A DNA stretch of 64,000 nucleotides from Chthoniobacterales bacterium (GCA_038207335.1 JBBQZX010000002.1:274577-338576), one strand, 5' to 3'. Shown: positions 42,192-52,815, counted from the stretch's first letter. Notes: generated by a model from the sequence alone, not told the origin. Made by a program: numbers and translations.

Positions 42192-43039
42192 GTAAAATTT
42201 TCTCCCGCTGGCTTCCCTGCGCCACGCTCGCGACTTGGAGCGCGATCCTGCTCTACTTCTTTTTCAGCGGACGCATCCACTCGCTCCTCGCGCCGCCCTT
42301 TCGGCCGTGGGTGCTGGCCGCGGGGCTCGTGCTCGGTCTCATGTCCGCGACGTTTCTTTTCGCGCCCGCCGATGCGTCGTGCTGCGCGGCGGCGGATTGC
42401 GGGCCGACGCTCGCGCGGCTGCCGATCGGAAAAGTGCTGACCTTTGTGACGCTGCTCCTGCCGGTCGTCGCTGCGGCGTTCGTGTCGCCGGATTCGTTTG
42501 GGAAAGCGGCGATCGAAAACCGCGGAATCGACACGACCGGCGCGGTGCTCCCGGCTCGCACGGTGTCCACTTTTACTCCGCCAGAGATGCCGCTGCCGAC
42601 AAAAGACGGCTCCCCTGCCCCGGCGCCCGCTGCTGCCGAGCCTGCGTCGCCCGTCGATTACCTCCAGCGCTCGCCGGATGGGAACATCGTGGCAGAGGTG
42701 CTCGACCTGCTCTACGCGGCGCAGGACGAGGGGTTGCGGAAAGATTTCGAGGGGAAAAAGGTGGAGCTCGTCGGGCAACTCATGCCGGATAAATCGGGCG
42801 GCGCGAATGGCGTGCCGCGGTTCAAGGCAGTGCGGATGTTCATGACGTGCTGCGCCGCCGACGCACGTCCGGTCGCGACCTTGGTGGAGACCGACAAGCT
42901 GCCCGAACTACCGGAAATGACGTGGGTGAAGATCACGGGCGTCTCGACTTTCCCAATGGAAAAAGGAAAACGCACCGCCGTTCTCCAAGCCGAACGCGTG
43001 GAAAAAACCGCGCCGCCCGACGAGGCGATGCTGTTTTAG
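42188..43039 (+). CDS. TIGR03943/YcgQ-type permease partner
   Basis: Three TM segments, then RMFMTCCAADARP and WVKITG; ATGA-coupled to the permease. Confidence 0.85.
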   Translation: MSKIFSRWLPCATLATWSAILLYFFFSGRIHSLLAPPFRPWVLAAGLVLGLMSATFLFAPADASCCAAADCGPTLARLPIGKVLTFVTLLLPVVAAAFVSPDSFGKAAIENRGIDTTGAVLPARTVSTFTPPEMPLPTKDGSPAPAPAAAEPASPVDYLQRSPDGNIVAEVLDLLYAAQDEGLRKDFEGKKVELVGQLMPDKSGGANGVPRFKAVRMFMTCCAADARPVATLVETDKLPELPEMTWVKITGVSTFPMEKGKRTAVLQAERVEKTAPPDEAMLF

Positions 43040-43767
43040 AGCGGCTGAAGCAGCGCTTGTTGCTGCGCCTCGAGGAGGTCGGTGATGCCGCTTTTTCCGA
43101 GCGTGAGCATGGCGGCGAGTTGGTCTTCGGTGAAGGTGGTTTCTTCACCGGAGCCTTGCAGTTCGACGAGCTGTCCGTCGGCGGTCATCACAAGATTCAT
43201 GTCCACGGCGGCGTCTTTGTCCTCGATGTAATTGAGATCGAGCAACGCCTCGCCCGCGACGATTCCGACGCTCACGGCGGCGACGAATTTCATGATCGGG
43301 TTGCGCTTGATGAGCTTGGCCTCGAGCAACTCCTGAAACGCCAGCGCCGCCGCGACGCACGCGCCGGTGATGGACGCCGTGCGCGTGCCGCCGTCGGCCT
43401 GAAGCACGTCGCAGTCGATGCAAAGCGTGCGCGGGCCGAGCGCGTCAAGATCGATCACGGCGCGCAACGAACGCCCGATGAGGCGCTGGATTTCCACGCT
43501 GCGGCCGTCGAGCCGGCCTTTGGAAATGTCGCGTGGCTTCCTCTGCAAAGTGGAGTATGGGAGCATGGAATACTCCGCGGTGATCCAGCCGCCGGCGACT
43601 TTCTGTTCCTTCATCCAGCGTGGGACTTGTTCCTCGATCATGGCGCTGCAAATGACGCGGGTGTCGCCGAAGCAGACGAGCACGGAGCCGGTCGAGTGCG
43701 GGGCGAAATCGCGGACGAAGGAGATGGGGCGGAGTTGGTCGGGCGTGCGGCCGTCGTGGCGGGTCAT
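43036..43767 (-). CDS. rph: Ribonuclease PH
   Basis: WITAEYSMLP, EIQRLIGRSLR, CDVLQADGGTRTASITG. Confidence 0.97.
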   Translation of the reverse strand: MTRHDGRTPDQLRPISFVRDFAPHSTGSVLVCFGDTRVICSAMIEEQVPRWMKEQKVAGGWITAEYSMLPYSTLQRKPRDISKGRLDGRSVEIQRLIGRSLRAVIDLDALGPRTLCIDCDVLQADGGTRTASITGACVAAALAFQELLEAKLIKRNPIMKFVAAVSVGIVAGEALLDLNYIEDKDAAVDMNLVMTADGQLVELQGSGEETTFTEDQLAAMLTLGKSGITDLLEAQQQALLQPL

Positions 43768-43961
43768 GGGGCGCGGAACGTAGAAGCGACTTCGTGCAGA
43801 TTCCAGTAAGTATTCTTCAAGCGTAGAAGCGATCGGCAGAAACCCGAGTGCGACATCGACAGGAGCGGGCGGAATGGCGTGGGCTCTCAGCCGCCCATCA
43901 CCGCAAAATATGCTTGCAACTTCACCTCCACACATTAATTCTCCGGATTCCCTATCGACAA

Positions 43962-44630
43962 ATGAACTCTGACGAAATCGAGACCGCAAACGCTGAACTT
44001 CTCAAAAAATCCCCGCTCGAAATCGTGCGCTGGGCGATCGACCAGGCCGACGGGCGCGCGATCGTTTCGACGAATTTTCGACCTTATGAAGCTGTGATTT
44101 TACACCTCGCCACGCAGGCGCTGCCGGAAATCCCGGTGCTGTGGATCGACCACGGCTACAACAAACCGGCGACCTACACGCATGCCGAGGAACTGAAGAA
44201 GCTGCTCGGGCTGAACATCAAACCCTTCGTCCCGCGCATGACTGCGGCGCATTACGACGCGATCCACGGCGGCGCGCCGGAGCCGACGCCGGAGAATGAG
44301 GAGCGCATCAAGGCCTTTAGCACCGTGATGAAGCTGGAGCCGTTTCAGCGTGGGATGCGCGAACTCGCACCGACCGTGTGGATCACAGCGCTGCGGAAAG
44401 TGCAGAATCCGAACCGCGCCGGCCTCGACATCGTGAGCGCGGACGCCAATTTCGGGAGCTTGAAAATCAGCCCCGTCTTTCACTGGAATGACAAACAGAT
44501 GCACGAATATTGCGAAGCGCACGGCCTGCCGAACGAATGGGATTATTTCGATCCAGCGAAGGCGGATGAGAAGCGCGAGTGCGGCCTGCACGCGACTTGG
44601 GGCGGCGAAGCGGTGAGCGCGACGCGATGA
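43962..44630 (+). CDS. cysH: PAPS/APS reductase
   Basis: STNFRPYEAVILH, WIDHGYN, KLEPF, C-terminal ECGLH. Confidence 0.9.
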   Translation: MNSDEIETANAELLKKSPLEIVRWAIDQADGRAIVSTNFRPYEAVILHLATQALPEIPVLWIDHGYNKPATYTHAEELKKLLGLNIKPFVPRMTAAHYDAIHGGAPEPTPENEERIKAFSTVMKLEPFQRGMRELAPTVWITALRKVQNPNRAGLDIVSADANFGSLKISPVFHWNDKQMHEYCEAHGLPNEWDYFDPAKADEKRECGLHATWGGEAVSATR

Positions 44631-45529
44631 AAAGCTACCATCTCGACCACCTCGAGCATCTCGAAACCGAGGCGATTCACATCATGCGCGAGGTCGCGGC
44701 GGAGTTCGAGCGGCCCGCAATTTTGTTTTCAGGCGGGAAGGATTCCATCTGCTTGCTTCGGCTTGCGGAGAAGGCATTTCGCCCTTCCGAGCTGCCAATG
44801 CCGCTGCTGAATGTCGATACCGGCCACCACTTTCCCGAGCTGAATACTTTCCGCGACCACCGTGCGGCGCAGCTCGGCGGACGGCTCATCATTCGCAAAG
44901 TGGAGGACTCAATCGCGAATGGCACGGCGATGCCGACGCCGGGCGAGATCAGTCGCAACCGCCTGCAAATCCCGACGCTGCTCGCGGCGATCGAGGAGTT
45001 CGGCTTTGACTGCTGCATCGGCGGCGCTCGGCGCGATGAGGAAAAGGCGCGGGCGAAGGAGCGCTTCCTCAGCTTTCGCGACGCCTTTGGCCAGTGGGAT
45101 CCGAAGAACCAGCGCCCGGAAATCTGGAATCTCTACAACGCTCGCGTGAATCCGGGGGAGAACATGCGCGCTTTTCCGCTCTCGAATTGGACGGAGATGG
45201 ACGTGTGGGAATACATCAAGCGCGAGCAACTCGAGGTGCCGACGATCTATTTCAGCCACACGCGCCAGTGCGTGCGCCGTGGCGGCCAATGGCTCCCGGT
45301 GACCGACCTCATGCCGCCGAAAGAAAAGGAAGACGTAAAGGAACTCGTCGTCCGCGTCCGTACGATCGGCGACATCATCAGCACTGGCATGGTGGAAAGT
45401 CCGGCCAATACGGTCGATGACATCATCACCGAAATCGCCGCCGCCCGCGTGACCGAACGCGGCTCCCGCGCCGACGACAAATCTTCTGAAGCCGCGATGG
45501 AGGATCGCAAAAAGGCGGGGTATTTTTGA
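44627..45529 (+). CDS. cysD: Sulfate adenylyltransferase subunit 2
   Basis: LFSGGKDS, GGARRDEEKARAKER, WDPKNQRPE, MEDRKKAGYF. Confidence 0.97.
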   Translation: MKSYHLDHLEHLETEAIHIMREVAAEFERPAILFSGGKDSICLLRLAEKAFRPSELPMPLLNVDTGHHFPELNTFRDHRAAQLGGRLIIRKVEDSIANGTAMPTPGEISRNRLQIPTLLAAIEEFGFDCCIGGARRDEEKARAKERFLSFRDAFGQWDPKNQRPEIWNLYNARVNPGENMRAFPLSNWTEMDVWEYIKREQLEVPTIYFSHTRQCVRRGGQWLPVTDLMPPKEKEDVKELVVRVRTIGDIISTGMVESPANTVDDIITEIAAARVTERGSRADDKSSEAAMEDRKKAGYF

Positions 45530-45636
45530 CCATCCCTTTGATCCAACATTCCTCCGCTGAGGTCGCTATCGATCGAGCAAGACAGCCGAGAAATTCGCCT
45601 TTTCTTAAATAACTGCTTTGCCTCGTTTTCTGCATC

Positions 45637-45849
45637 ATGAGTAATACAATGACGATCCGCCTTCCGGAAGAGCTCGCTTCATGGATTGGAAAAATCTCCG
45701 AAGACACGGGGATGACGCGCAGCGAAGTCGTCCGATTACATCTCGAAAATGCCCGACAAGCGGTTCAAAAAAAACCGTGGGCTCAATATATCGGCGTTAT
45801 GGAAGGCCCCCCAGATTTGTCGATGCGCGAAGGCTTCGGCCCACGATGA
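45637..45849 (+). CDS. Ribbon-helix-helix (CopG-like) antitoxin
   Basis: TMTIRLPEEL...TGMTRSEVVR, GPPDLSMREGF; ATGA overlap with the PIN gene. Confidence 0.85.
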   Translation: MSNTMTIRLPEELASWIGKISEDTGMTRSEVVRLHLENARQAVQKKPWAQYIGVMEGPPDLSMREGFGPR

Positions 45850-46251
45850 GGGCGATTGCGGACACTGGTTTTGTCGTTGCCCTTCTCAACGCCAAAGATC
45901 AGCACCACGGCTGGGCGCGAGACGTCGTCGGTCAAGCAGATGAAGCCCTCCTGACTTGCGAGTCGGTTATCACCGAAGCTTCGTATTTGCTCAACAATAG
46001 CAGACTTGTGCTTCGGCTCGTTGCGAGCGAGTTTGCTGACGCTCGCGTTCGTCCTCAACGACCACCTCCGGGAAATTCAAGAACTCGCCGAGCGTTACGC
46101 GGACCGAGGTCCAGACCTCTGCGACCTCTGTGTCGTGCGCATGAGTGAGCTTTTCGCCGAGCACACCGTCCTCACGACCGACCGCCGCGATTTCACCGTA
46201 TATCGCCGACACAAACGCGCCGTGATCCAGTGCCTTTTTCCGCCCGAATAG
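45846..46251 (+). pseudogene. PIN-domain (VapC-like) toxin, frameshifted near 46032
   Basis: MRAIADTGFVVALL...TCESVITEA in one frame; LLTLAF...DLCDLCVV...TTDRRDFTVYRR in another; removing one T of GAGTTTGCTG joins them. Confidence 0.8.
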
Positions 46252-46270
46252 GTTGTCCATTTCCTTCTCC

Positions 46271-47578
46271 ATGCACCCAGTCGAAATCCTTCGCTTCAAC
46301 ACCTGCGGCTCCGTCGACGACGGCAAATCGACCCTCATCGGCCGCCTGCTCTACGACTCCAAAAACCTCATGGAAGACCAGCTCGAAGCCCTCGAGCGTT
46401 CCGCCGACATCACCGGCGGCGGTCAGATCAATCTCGCCAACCTCACCGACGGCCTCCGCGCCGAGCGCGAGCAGGGCATCACAATCGATGTCGCCTACCG
46501 TTACTTCGCCACGCCGCGGCGCAAATTCATCGTCGCCGACACCCCCGGCCACGTCCAATACACGCGCAACATGGTCACCGGCGCCAGCAACGCCAACCTC
46601 TCCATCGTCCTCGTAGATGCTCGCCAGGGCGTCATCGAGCAGACCCGCCGCCACACCTACATCGCCGCGCTCCTCGGCATTCCGCACGTCGTCATCGCCG
46701 TCAATAAAATGGACCTCGTCAGCTGGAGCGAAGAGCGCTTCCTCGAAATCCGCGACGCCATCGAGGCCTTCCTGCCAAAGCTCGACGTCCTCACCGACGT
46801 CAAATTCATCCCCATCAGCGCGCTGAACGGCGACAACGTCGTCGAGACCTCGCCGCACACCCCGTGGTATGGCGGCCCGCCGCTCCTCGACTACCTCGAG
46901 ACGCTCCACATCGCCAGCGACTGGAATCTTTCCGCCCTCCGCTTCCCCGTGCAGTGGGTCAATCGACCGAACAACCCCACCGACCCCGCGCTCCACGACT
47001 TCCGCGGCCTCAGCGGTCAGCTCGCCGGCGGCATCGTGAAAGTCGGCCAGGAAGTCATGATCCTCCCGAGCGGGATGAAAACCACGATCAAGGAAATCTG
47101 GACCCTCGGCGGTTCGGTTGAGGAAGCCTTCAGCCCGCAATCCGTCACCCTCTGCCTCGATCACGACCTTGATGTCTCCCGAGGCGACACCATCGTCGGC
47201 CTCGAAAATCTCCCCGGCATGGGCAGCGAGCTGCGCGCTCGCGTCTGCTGGATGAACTCGCGCGCCCTAGTCAAAGGCAAAAAATACCACCTCAAGCACA
47301 CTACGCAGACCGTGCAGGCCGTCGTCACCAGCCTCGATCATCGGATCAATATCCAGACCTTCGAGCCCGAGGAAGCGCCCGCCGAGCTGCACATGAACGA
47401 CATCGGCGAAATCCGCATTCGCACCGCGAAGCCGCTCATCTTCGACGGCTACGGCACGAACCGGCTCACCGGCTCGTTCATCCTCATCGAGCAAGGCAGC
47501 AACCAAACTGTCGCTGCCGGAATGCTCTTCCCGCCGCTCGAAGCCGTGAAGCCCGAGTACGTCGATTTCGCGATTTAG
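46271..47578 (+). CDS. cysN: Sulfate adenylyltransferase subunit 1 (no fused APS kinase)
   Basis: CGSVDDGKSTLIGRLL, EREQGITIDVAY, DTPGH, NKMD. Confidence 0.96.
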   Translation: MHPVEILRFNTCGSVDDGKSTLIGRLLYDSKNLMEDQLEALERSADITGGGQINLANLTDGLRAEREQGITIDVAYRYFATPRRKFIVADTPGHVQYTRNMVTGASNANLSIVLVDARQGVIEQTRRHTYIAALLGIPHVVIAVNKMDLVSWSEERFLEIRDAIEAFLPKLDVLTDVKFIPISALNGDNVVETSPHTPWYGGPPLLDYLETLHIASDWNLSALRFPVQWVNRPNNPTDPALHDFRGLSGQLAGGIVKVGQEVMILPSGMKTTIKEIWTLGGSVEEAFSPQSVTLCLDHDLDVSRGDTIVGLENLPGMGSELRARVCWMNSRALVKGKKYHLKHTTQTVQAVVTSLDHRINIQTFEPEEAPAELHMNDIGEIRIRTAKPLIFDGYGTNRLTGSFILIEQGSNQTVAAGMLFPPLEAVKPEYVDFAI

Positions 47579-47592
47579 CCGCGGGCCTTTTC

Positions 47593-47713
47593 ACCGCCGA
47601 GCGCGGAGAGGGAGAAAATCAAATTCATCGGGCAGTCGGTCATACGGTGAAAGTTCGCCGCTACCGGCCATGCGTCTAATCCCTTGATTTCCGTGCCTCC
47701 GCGTCTCGGCGGT
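47593..47713. repeat. Intergenic inverted-repeat element (MITE/REP-like)
   Basis: ACCGCCGAGCGCGGAG (47593-47608) versus CTCCGCGTCTCGGCGGT (47697-47713), one indel. Confidence 0.5.
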
Positions 47714-47791
47714 TTTATCGCCACTGTCGCCGTGGCTGCGGAGAATCAAACCGGACTTGGCGAGCTTCGCGTGGCGATTCACATTCGCACC

Positions 47792-48298
47792 ATGCGTTGC
47801 CTTTTCCTCCTGCTCTCCCTTCTCGCCGCCGCGCATCTCGACGCGCAAACCACGCCGCCCACCGCGCCCGCGCTCCCGGCGATCCAGCCGATTTTCCGCG
47901 CGAAACTTCCGGGCGGAACCTACGAGGTCGCCGCGCGCGCGATCCTCGCGGTGAGTTCCCACGAGTACCTTGTCGATGCCGCGACGCGAGTGACGGAGGT
48001 GAATATCGACACGGCGGGCTCGATGTTCGTGCGCTTCTATTTCCTCGAGCCGAATGCCCCGAACGCCCCGCTCGGAGTCGGTGCCGCAGCGCTGGAAAAA
48101 GCACAGGCGCTGCTGACTCAGGCCGGCGAGAAATCCGGGCAGGACGTGTGGAAAAAAGTGATGAAAAACTACCCCACAACAACCCATGCGCGAACCGTGG
48201 AATTTCGAGTCGAAAGCAAGGAAGACCTCACGAAAATCTTCAACGCCGCAGACGAATCCTTCCGCATGCAAAAAGCCGCAACCGTCACGATCGAGTGA
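47792..48298 (+). CDS. Hypothetical secreted protein
   Basis: Signal peptide; SSHEYLVD, KNYPTTTHARTVEFR. Confidence 0.75.
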   Translation: MRCLFLLLSLLAAAHLDAQTTPPTAPALPAIQPIFRAKLPGGTYEVAARAILAVSSHEYLVDAATRVTEVNIDTAGSMFVRFYFLEPNAPNAPLGVGAAALEKAQALLTQAGEKSGQDVWKKVMKNYPTTTHARTVEFRVESKEDLTKIFNAADESFRMQKAATVTIE

Positions 48299-48348
48299 CC
48301 TGGCAGTGCAATAGCAGAGCTAGCTCCGAAGCTCCACTCCCGCGGCGC

Positions 48349-49806
48349 TCACTCCGCCCGGGCGGGAATGAGGCGGGGGTCTTCGAGGTCGAGGCGGTAC
48401 ATCATTTGGTTGTAGTCGTAGCGCGGGGTCGGGACGGGGTTGCCGGAGAATGTCTCCGAGTAGGTGCCCTCGAAGAAGATATGGCGTCCGCCGGTCTGGT
48501 CGAAGAACGGATGGTGCGCCGGATTGTAGAATGAGTATCGCTCATGAGTGGCGATTTTTTTTGCGCGGTGCCAGGGGCCCGTGAGTTCGCGAGCCTCTGA
48601 ATACCAGACTTCGCCGAGCACCGAGGTGCCGCCGCGCTGCACGGCGATCATGATCCAGCGCTGGCGGAATTCATTCCACTCGACGGTGCCGGATTGCAGG
48701 CGGGGCGGATTGCCGCCGTCGACGTCGGCAGGCTCGATTTTCGGCGGCGCGGGCTTTTCGTCGCGCTCCCATTTTTGACCCGAGGCGTTCCAACGCTCAT
48801 AGTTCGATGGCTCGGAGATTGAGGCCAGATCGGCCTTCACGCGAATCCACGGGCCGGGTTCGCCGAAATAAATGTGATCACCACTGCGCATGGAGTGCGC
48901 GGTGGGACAACGAAAGCGCTCTTTCAAATCGAGGACTTTGAGCGGCTCGAAGCGGTCTTTTTCGTCGTCGAAAATTACGATGCCGTGCTCGAGCACCTCG
49001 AAGCCTTTCATGCGCGAATAGTGCGCGACGAGGCGCTCGCGGCCGGTTTCATCGGGCACGACGCAGAGGCCGTCGAGCCAGACCGGGCCGGGCTTTGTGG
49101 GATCGAGCGGACACATCGGGCGGCTGAATCCATCGGCGCCGGTGAAGTATTTGAAGTTCACGCCGACGGCGGGATCGAGCCCGCCTTTGGTGGGCAACTC
49201 GGAGGTCGCGCCCGAGGTGCGGAAGTGGCCGAGCGGATATCGGGCGCGCTGCGTGTCGCCCCAAAACCAATATATTTTCCCGCGGTAAATCGCGCACTGG
49301 ACGGAGTCCTGGCCGAGGACTTCGGAGTTCAGCACGGGCTCGGAGATGGGCGCATTATTGCCGAGCAAAATCGTGTCGCGGTAGATTCCCGCGCCGGTGA
49401 GGCGGTAGAGGCGTTCGGCGACGTTGAGGCGTTTGATTTTCAGCGTCACGCTGCCGCCGGGGGTGGTGGAAAGGCGAGCGCCGACGAAGCCGAAGCCGTC
49501 TTTTGGGAATTCGTATCCGTGGCTGCGGATGTTGAAAAACACCTCGCGCCCGAGAAGGCCGGGTTCGTCGAAAGCGACTTCGCCCGCACTGTCGGTGAAC
49601 GAGTGGGTGTGATTGACGGTTTCCAATTCCACGAGAGGCACGCCGCGCTGAGTCTGCTCGTCGATGACGCGAATCTCGAAAGGCTTCAGGCTTTCCGCGG
49701 AGCAGAGTCGCGCAAGAGAAACGAGCACAACCAGCGCGAGTTGTAGGCGAGATCGATGATCTCGTCGGGGTGGGCGCGCAGGCGCGGGCCTTGGGAAATT
49801 CATCAC
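48349..49806 (-). CDS. Secreted hypothetical protein, possible beta-propeller/glycosidase-like
   Basis: Signal-like N-terminus; YWFWGDT, WNEFRQRWIM, YSFYNP, FEGTY; start uncertain. Confidence 0.7.
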   Translation of the reverse strand: MMNFPRPAPARPPRRDHRSRLQLALVVLVSLARLCSAESLKPFEIRVIDEQTQRGVPLVELETVNHTHSFTDSAGEVAFDEPGLLGREVFFNIRSHGYEFPKDGFGFVGARLSTTPGGSVTLKIKRLNVAERLYRLTGAGIYRDTILLGNNAPISEPVLNSEVLGQDSVQCAIYRGKIYWFWGDTQRARYPLGHFRTSGATSELPTKGGLDPAVGVNFKYFTGADGFSRPMCPLDPTKPGPVWLDGLCVVPDETGRERLVAHYSRMKGFEVLEHGIVIFDDEKDRFEPLKVLDLKERFRCPTAHSMRSGDHIYFGEPGPWIRVKADLASISEPSNYERWNASGQKWERDEKPAPPKIEPADVDGGNPPRLQSGTVEWNEFRQRWIMIAVQRGGTSVLGEVWYSEARELTGPWHRAKKIATHERYSFYNPAHHPFFDQTGGRHIFFEGTYSETFSGNPVPTPRYDYNQMMYRLDLEDPRLIPARAE

Positions 49807-49858
49807 GCGTTTGGTTGCGTGCGGCTGCCGGGATCAGCGATCCTGACTACAATGCCGA

Positions 49859-50377
49859 CTACGGAGATTCCGCGGCACCGGCGTGGGCGTCAGCTTCATG
49901 CTTTGCGCCATCTTCGCGCGACGGCAGGGCGCGCGCGGTTTCTCCACCGCCGAAGAGGCGCGCGAAAATCCGCTTGGGCGCGCTCTTTCCACTCTCCTCC
50001 TCGACGAGGTCGGTGTGCGCTTCGGACTTCGATGTCTCCCACGCGGGAGCGAAGCCCGGGACGTTCATCAACATTCGCTTCTCCGCCCGCGCATAGACTT
50101 CGAGGTCGCGCTGGATTTTGCGGTCGGGCGCTTCATTGAGGGCGTTGACTTTGACCCGCAGAGTCTCGTTTTCCTTTCGCAATATCTCGAGGTCGGTCTT
50201 AGTTTTTTTCATCGTCTCGGCCTCGATTTCGAGCTTGTCGCTGAGGTGCCGGCGGAAGCGGGAGAGTTCGCCTTTCAACCGAAAATACTGGTAAAGCGCG
50301 AGGATGAGGAAGACGCAACCGAGGTAGAATCCGAGGGCAAACGGGTGGAGGAAAATGTTGGTGTTAATTTGTTCCAT
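49859..50377 (-). CDS. Single-TM coiled-coil hypothetical protein
   Basis: N-terminal TM then heptad-rich segment; starts 3 bp after panD. Confidence 0.75.
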   Translation of the reverse strand: MEQINTNIFLHPFALGFYLGCVFLILALYQYFRLKGELSRFRRHLSDKLEIEAETMKKTKTDLEILRKENETLRVKVNALNEAPDRKIQRDLEVYARAEKRMLMNVPGFAPAWETSKSEAHTDLVEEESGKSAPKRIFARLFGGGETARALPSREDGAKHEADAHAGAAESP

Positions 50378-50380
50378 AAA

Positions 50381-50773
50381 TCAAACGACGATCTGCAGGT
50401 CGGCGGAATGCGAACCTGAATCGAAACGGACGACGGCGTTGCTCTCATCGAGAACGATGACGCGCGGTTTGTGTCCCGCGGCCTCTTCCGGGGTGAATGC
50501 GGCGAAATTCATGATGGTGATGCGGTCGCCGATTTGGCCGAGGTGGGCGGTCGCACCATTGAGCTGAATTTGCCCCGCGCCGGGCTCTCCATAGATGACG
50601 TAGGTCTCGAAGCGTTCACCGTTGCGCATATTGCCGATGAGGATGCGCTCGTAAGGCAGAAGGCCGACGCGCTCGGCGAGGTCGGAGGAAATGGTGAGGC
50701 TGCCCTCGTAGTGAAGGCTCGCGCCGGTGACCGCAGCGCGATGGATTTTCGACTTCAAAAGAGTCAGGTGCAT
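50381..50773 (-). CDS. panD: Aspartate 1-decarboxylase
   Basis: KSKIHRA, YEG-SLTI self-cleavage site, NGERFETY, LNGATAH. Confidence 0.96.
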   Translation of the reverse strand: MHLTLLKSKIHRAAVTGASLHYEGSLTISSDLAERVGLLPYERILIGNMRNGERFETYVIYGEPGAGQIQLNGATAHLGQIGDRITIMNFAAFTPEEAAGHKPRVIVLDESNAVVRFDSGSHSADLQIVV

Positions 50774-50860
50774 GATGTAGGACGATGCCCGGGGAATGCC
50801 GGGAATGCAAGGCTGGCGCTGATTTTGAGGCGAGTCTGCCGCAGTTAGAAAATTGGGATT

Positions 50861-51844
50861 TTACCCCAGCAAATCCGCGATGAGCGCCTTTTCCTCGATC
50901 AGCTCAGCGACGGTTGCGTCGATTTTTGCGCGGCTGAAGTCGCCGACTTCCACGCCCTGCACGATCGCGGGTTTGCCGTCCACATTTCGCACGGGAAAGG
51001 ACGTGATGATCCCCTGCTCCACGCCGTAGTCGCCGGGCGAACAAAGCGCGACGCTGAACCAGTCGCCGTCACGCGTCGGCGTCGTGAGCGAGCGGACGGT
51101 ATCGACGACCGCATTTGCCGCCGATGCCGCGGAGGAGGAACCGCGGGCCTTGATGATCGCCGCGCCGCGCTGCTGCACGGTCGCTATGAATTCGCCCTCC
51201 AGCCACGCGCGATCCGCGATGACTTCGGTCGCGGGTTTGCCGTCGATTTTCGCGTTGGTAAAATCGGGGTATTGCGTGGCCGAATGATTACCCCAGATCG
51301 CGACGTTCGTCACGCTCGTGACCTGCACGCCGGCTTTCTGCGCGAGCTGCGATTTGGCGCGATTTTCATCGAGACGAGTCATCGCAAACCACCGGTCACG
51401 CGGCACGCCGGGCGCGTTGTTCATGGCGATCAGGCAGTTGGTGTTGCACGGATTTCCGACGACGAGGACGCGCACGTCTTTGGCCGCGTGGGCCTCGATC
51501 GCCTTGCCTTGGCCGATGAAAATCTTGCCGTTGATGCCGAGCAAATCTTTGCGCTCCATGCCGGCTTTGCGCGGGACGGAGCCGACGAGCAGCGCCCAGT
51601 TTACGCCTGCAAATCCCTCCTCCAATTTTGCCGTAGCGACGATCCCCGGGAGCAGCGGAAAGGCGCAATCTTGCAGTTCCATGACGACTCCCTGGAGCGC
51701 GCCGAGGGCGGGTTCGATCTCGATGAGATGAAGGATCACAGGCTGCTCCGGGCCGAACATGGAGCCCGAGGCGATGCGAAACAAAAGTGAGTAACCGATC
51801 TGACCGGCTGCACCGGTGACCGCGACGCGGATGGGAGATTTCAT
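50861..51844 (-). CDS. mdh: Malate dehydrogenase
   Basis: [32 protein letters not shown]. Confidence 0.97.
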   Translation of the reverse strand: MKSPIRVAVTGAAGQIGYSLLFRIASGSMFGPEQPVILHLIEIEPALGALQGVVMELQDCAFPLLPGIVATAKLEEGFAGVNWALLVGSVPRKAGMERKDLLGINGKIFIGQGKAIEAHAAKDVRVLVVGNPCNTNCLIAMNNAPGVPRDRWFAMTRLDENRAKSQLAQKAGVQVTSVTNVAIWGNHSATQYPDFTNAKIDGKPATEVIADRAWLEGEFIATVQQRGAAIIKARGSSSAASAANAVVDTVRSLTTPTRDGDWFSVALCSPGDYGVEQGIITSFPVRNVDGKPAIVQGVEVGDFSRAKIDATVAELIEEKALIADLLG

Positions 51845-51913
51845 GGCGCGCAGATGTAGGATGAAAAGCGTGGCTTTAGAAAGAAAAAGCACGCCGCCGC
51901 GTGCAAACGGCGA

Positions 51914-52759
51914 CTACTTCGGCGTGGCTGCTTGGGCGTCGGCCTGAAGCTGGCGGAGGAGGTCCTGGTATTGGGTTTCGTCGCGAGTGTATTGCGCGAT
52001 TGCTTCGCTGTCGTCGGGCTTGAGAGCGACGCGGCGCGCCTCCAGCGCGCGGTAGATGCGCTGAACTGCGGCGTGACGGTCGTCGATGGATTTGGTGCGG
52101 TCGCCCGCGATTTTTTCGTCGCTCATCTTGGCGGGCGCGCTGGCTGCATCGCCGGTCTTTTGCAGGGCGTGGATGCGCTCGGCGAGTTTGTTGCGCTCGG
52201 CAGTCGGGAGTCGCGCGGCCCTTTCTCCCAACGCCGCCCATCCCTTCATGTCGAGCGGCTCCGGGAGAAACCTCGCGGCGACAAGCTGCCCGGCGATCGT
52301 GAGAACGAACGCAATCAGCACGAATCCAATCCCGCCGCCGACTCCGAGTTTGTAGATTTTCATCGGGCAACCGAGCACGACGATGATGCCTAGCATGATG
52401 CCGACGACGAATGTCGCGAAAAGGAAAGCGCCCGATGCCTGGCTCGCACCCCAAACCATGCCGACACCGAAAAGGACGCCGACCACGATGCTCGCGGCAA
52501 TGTAAAATGCCCACAGTTTGATCGCGTTGATGAAGCGGCCTTCTTCGCGGTTGATGAGGTTTGAGGCGATCCAGTAGGCGACAATCGCGAGGACTTGCGT
52601 GACGCCGAGCCAGAGAAGGACGATTCCGGGACGGATTGTTCCTTGGATGCGTGCGAATTCGGCAACGATGGAGTCCGCGGAATCGGGCGGCGCGGCGGGC
52701 GCAGTCGCGGCAGCGGTTTGAATGGCAGCGATGACGGGCGCGAGGGAAAAGAGTTGCAT
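51914..52759 (-). CDS. Multi-TM hypothetical protein with helical C-terminus
   Basis: About four TM segments; start uncertain. Confidence 0.7.
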   Translation of the reverse strand: MQLFSLAPVIAAIQTAAATAPAAPPDSADSIVAEFARIQGTIRPGIVLLWLGVTQVLAIVAYWIASNLINREEGRFINAIKLWAFYIAASIVVGVLFGVGMVWGASQASGAFLFATFVVGIMLGIIVVLGCPMKIYKLGVGGGIGFVLIAFVLTIAGQLVAARFLPEPLDMKGWAALGERAARLPTAERNKLAERIHALQKTGDAASAPAKMSDEKIAGDRTKSIDDRHAAVQRIYRALEARRVALKPDDSEAIAQYTRDETQYQDLLRQLQADAQAATPK

Positions 52760-52815
52760 GCGGCGCGACGCTATCGAAAACGTCCCGCGTTCAAAGCGCG
52801 TTCTCCCTTTTTCAA

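Noticed and set aside
48238..48250. Third match to the 28-nt motif (CTTCAACGCCGCA)
   Set aside because: Only 13 nt, inside a coding region (IFNAA), with no array nearby; probably chance
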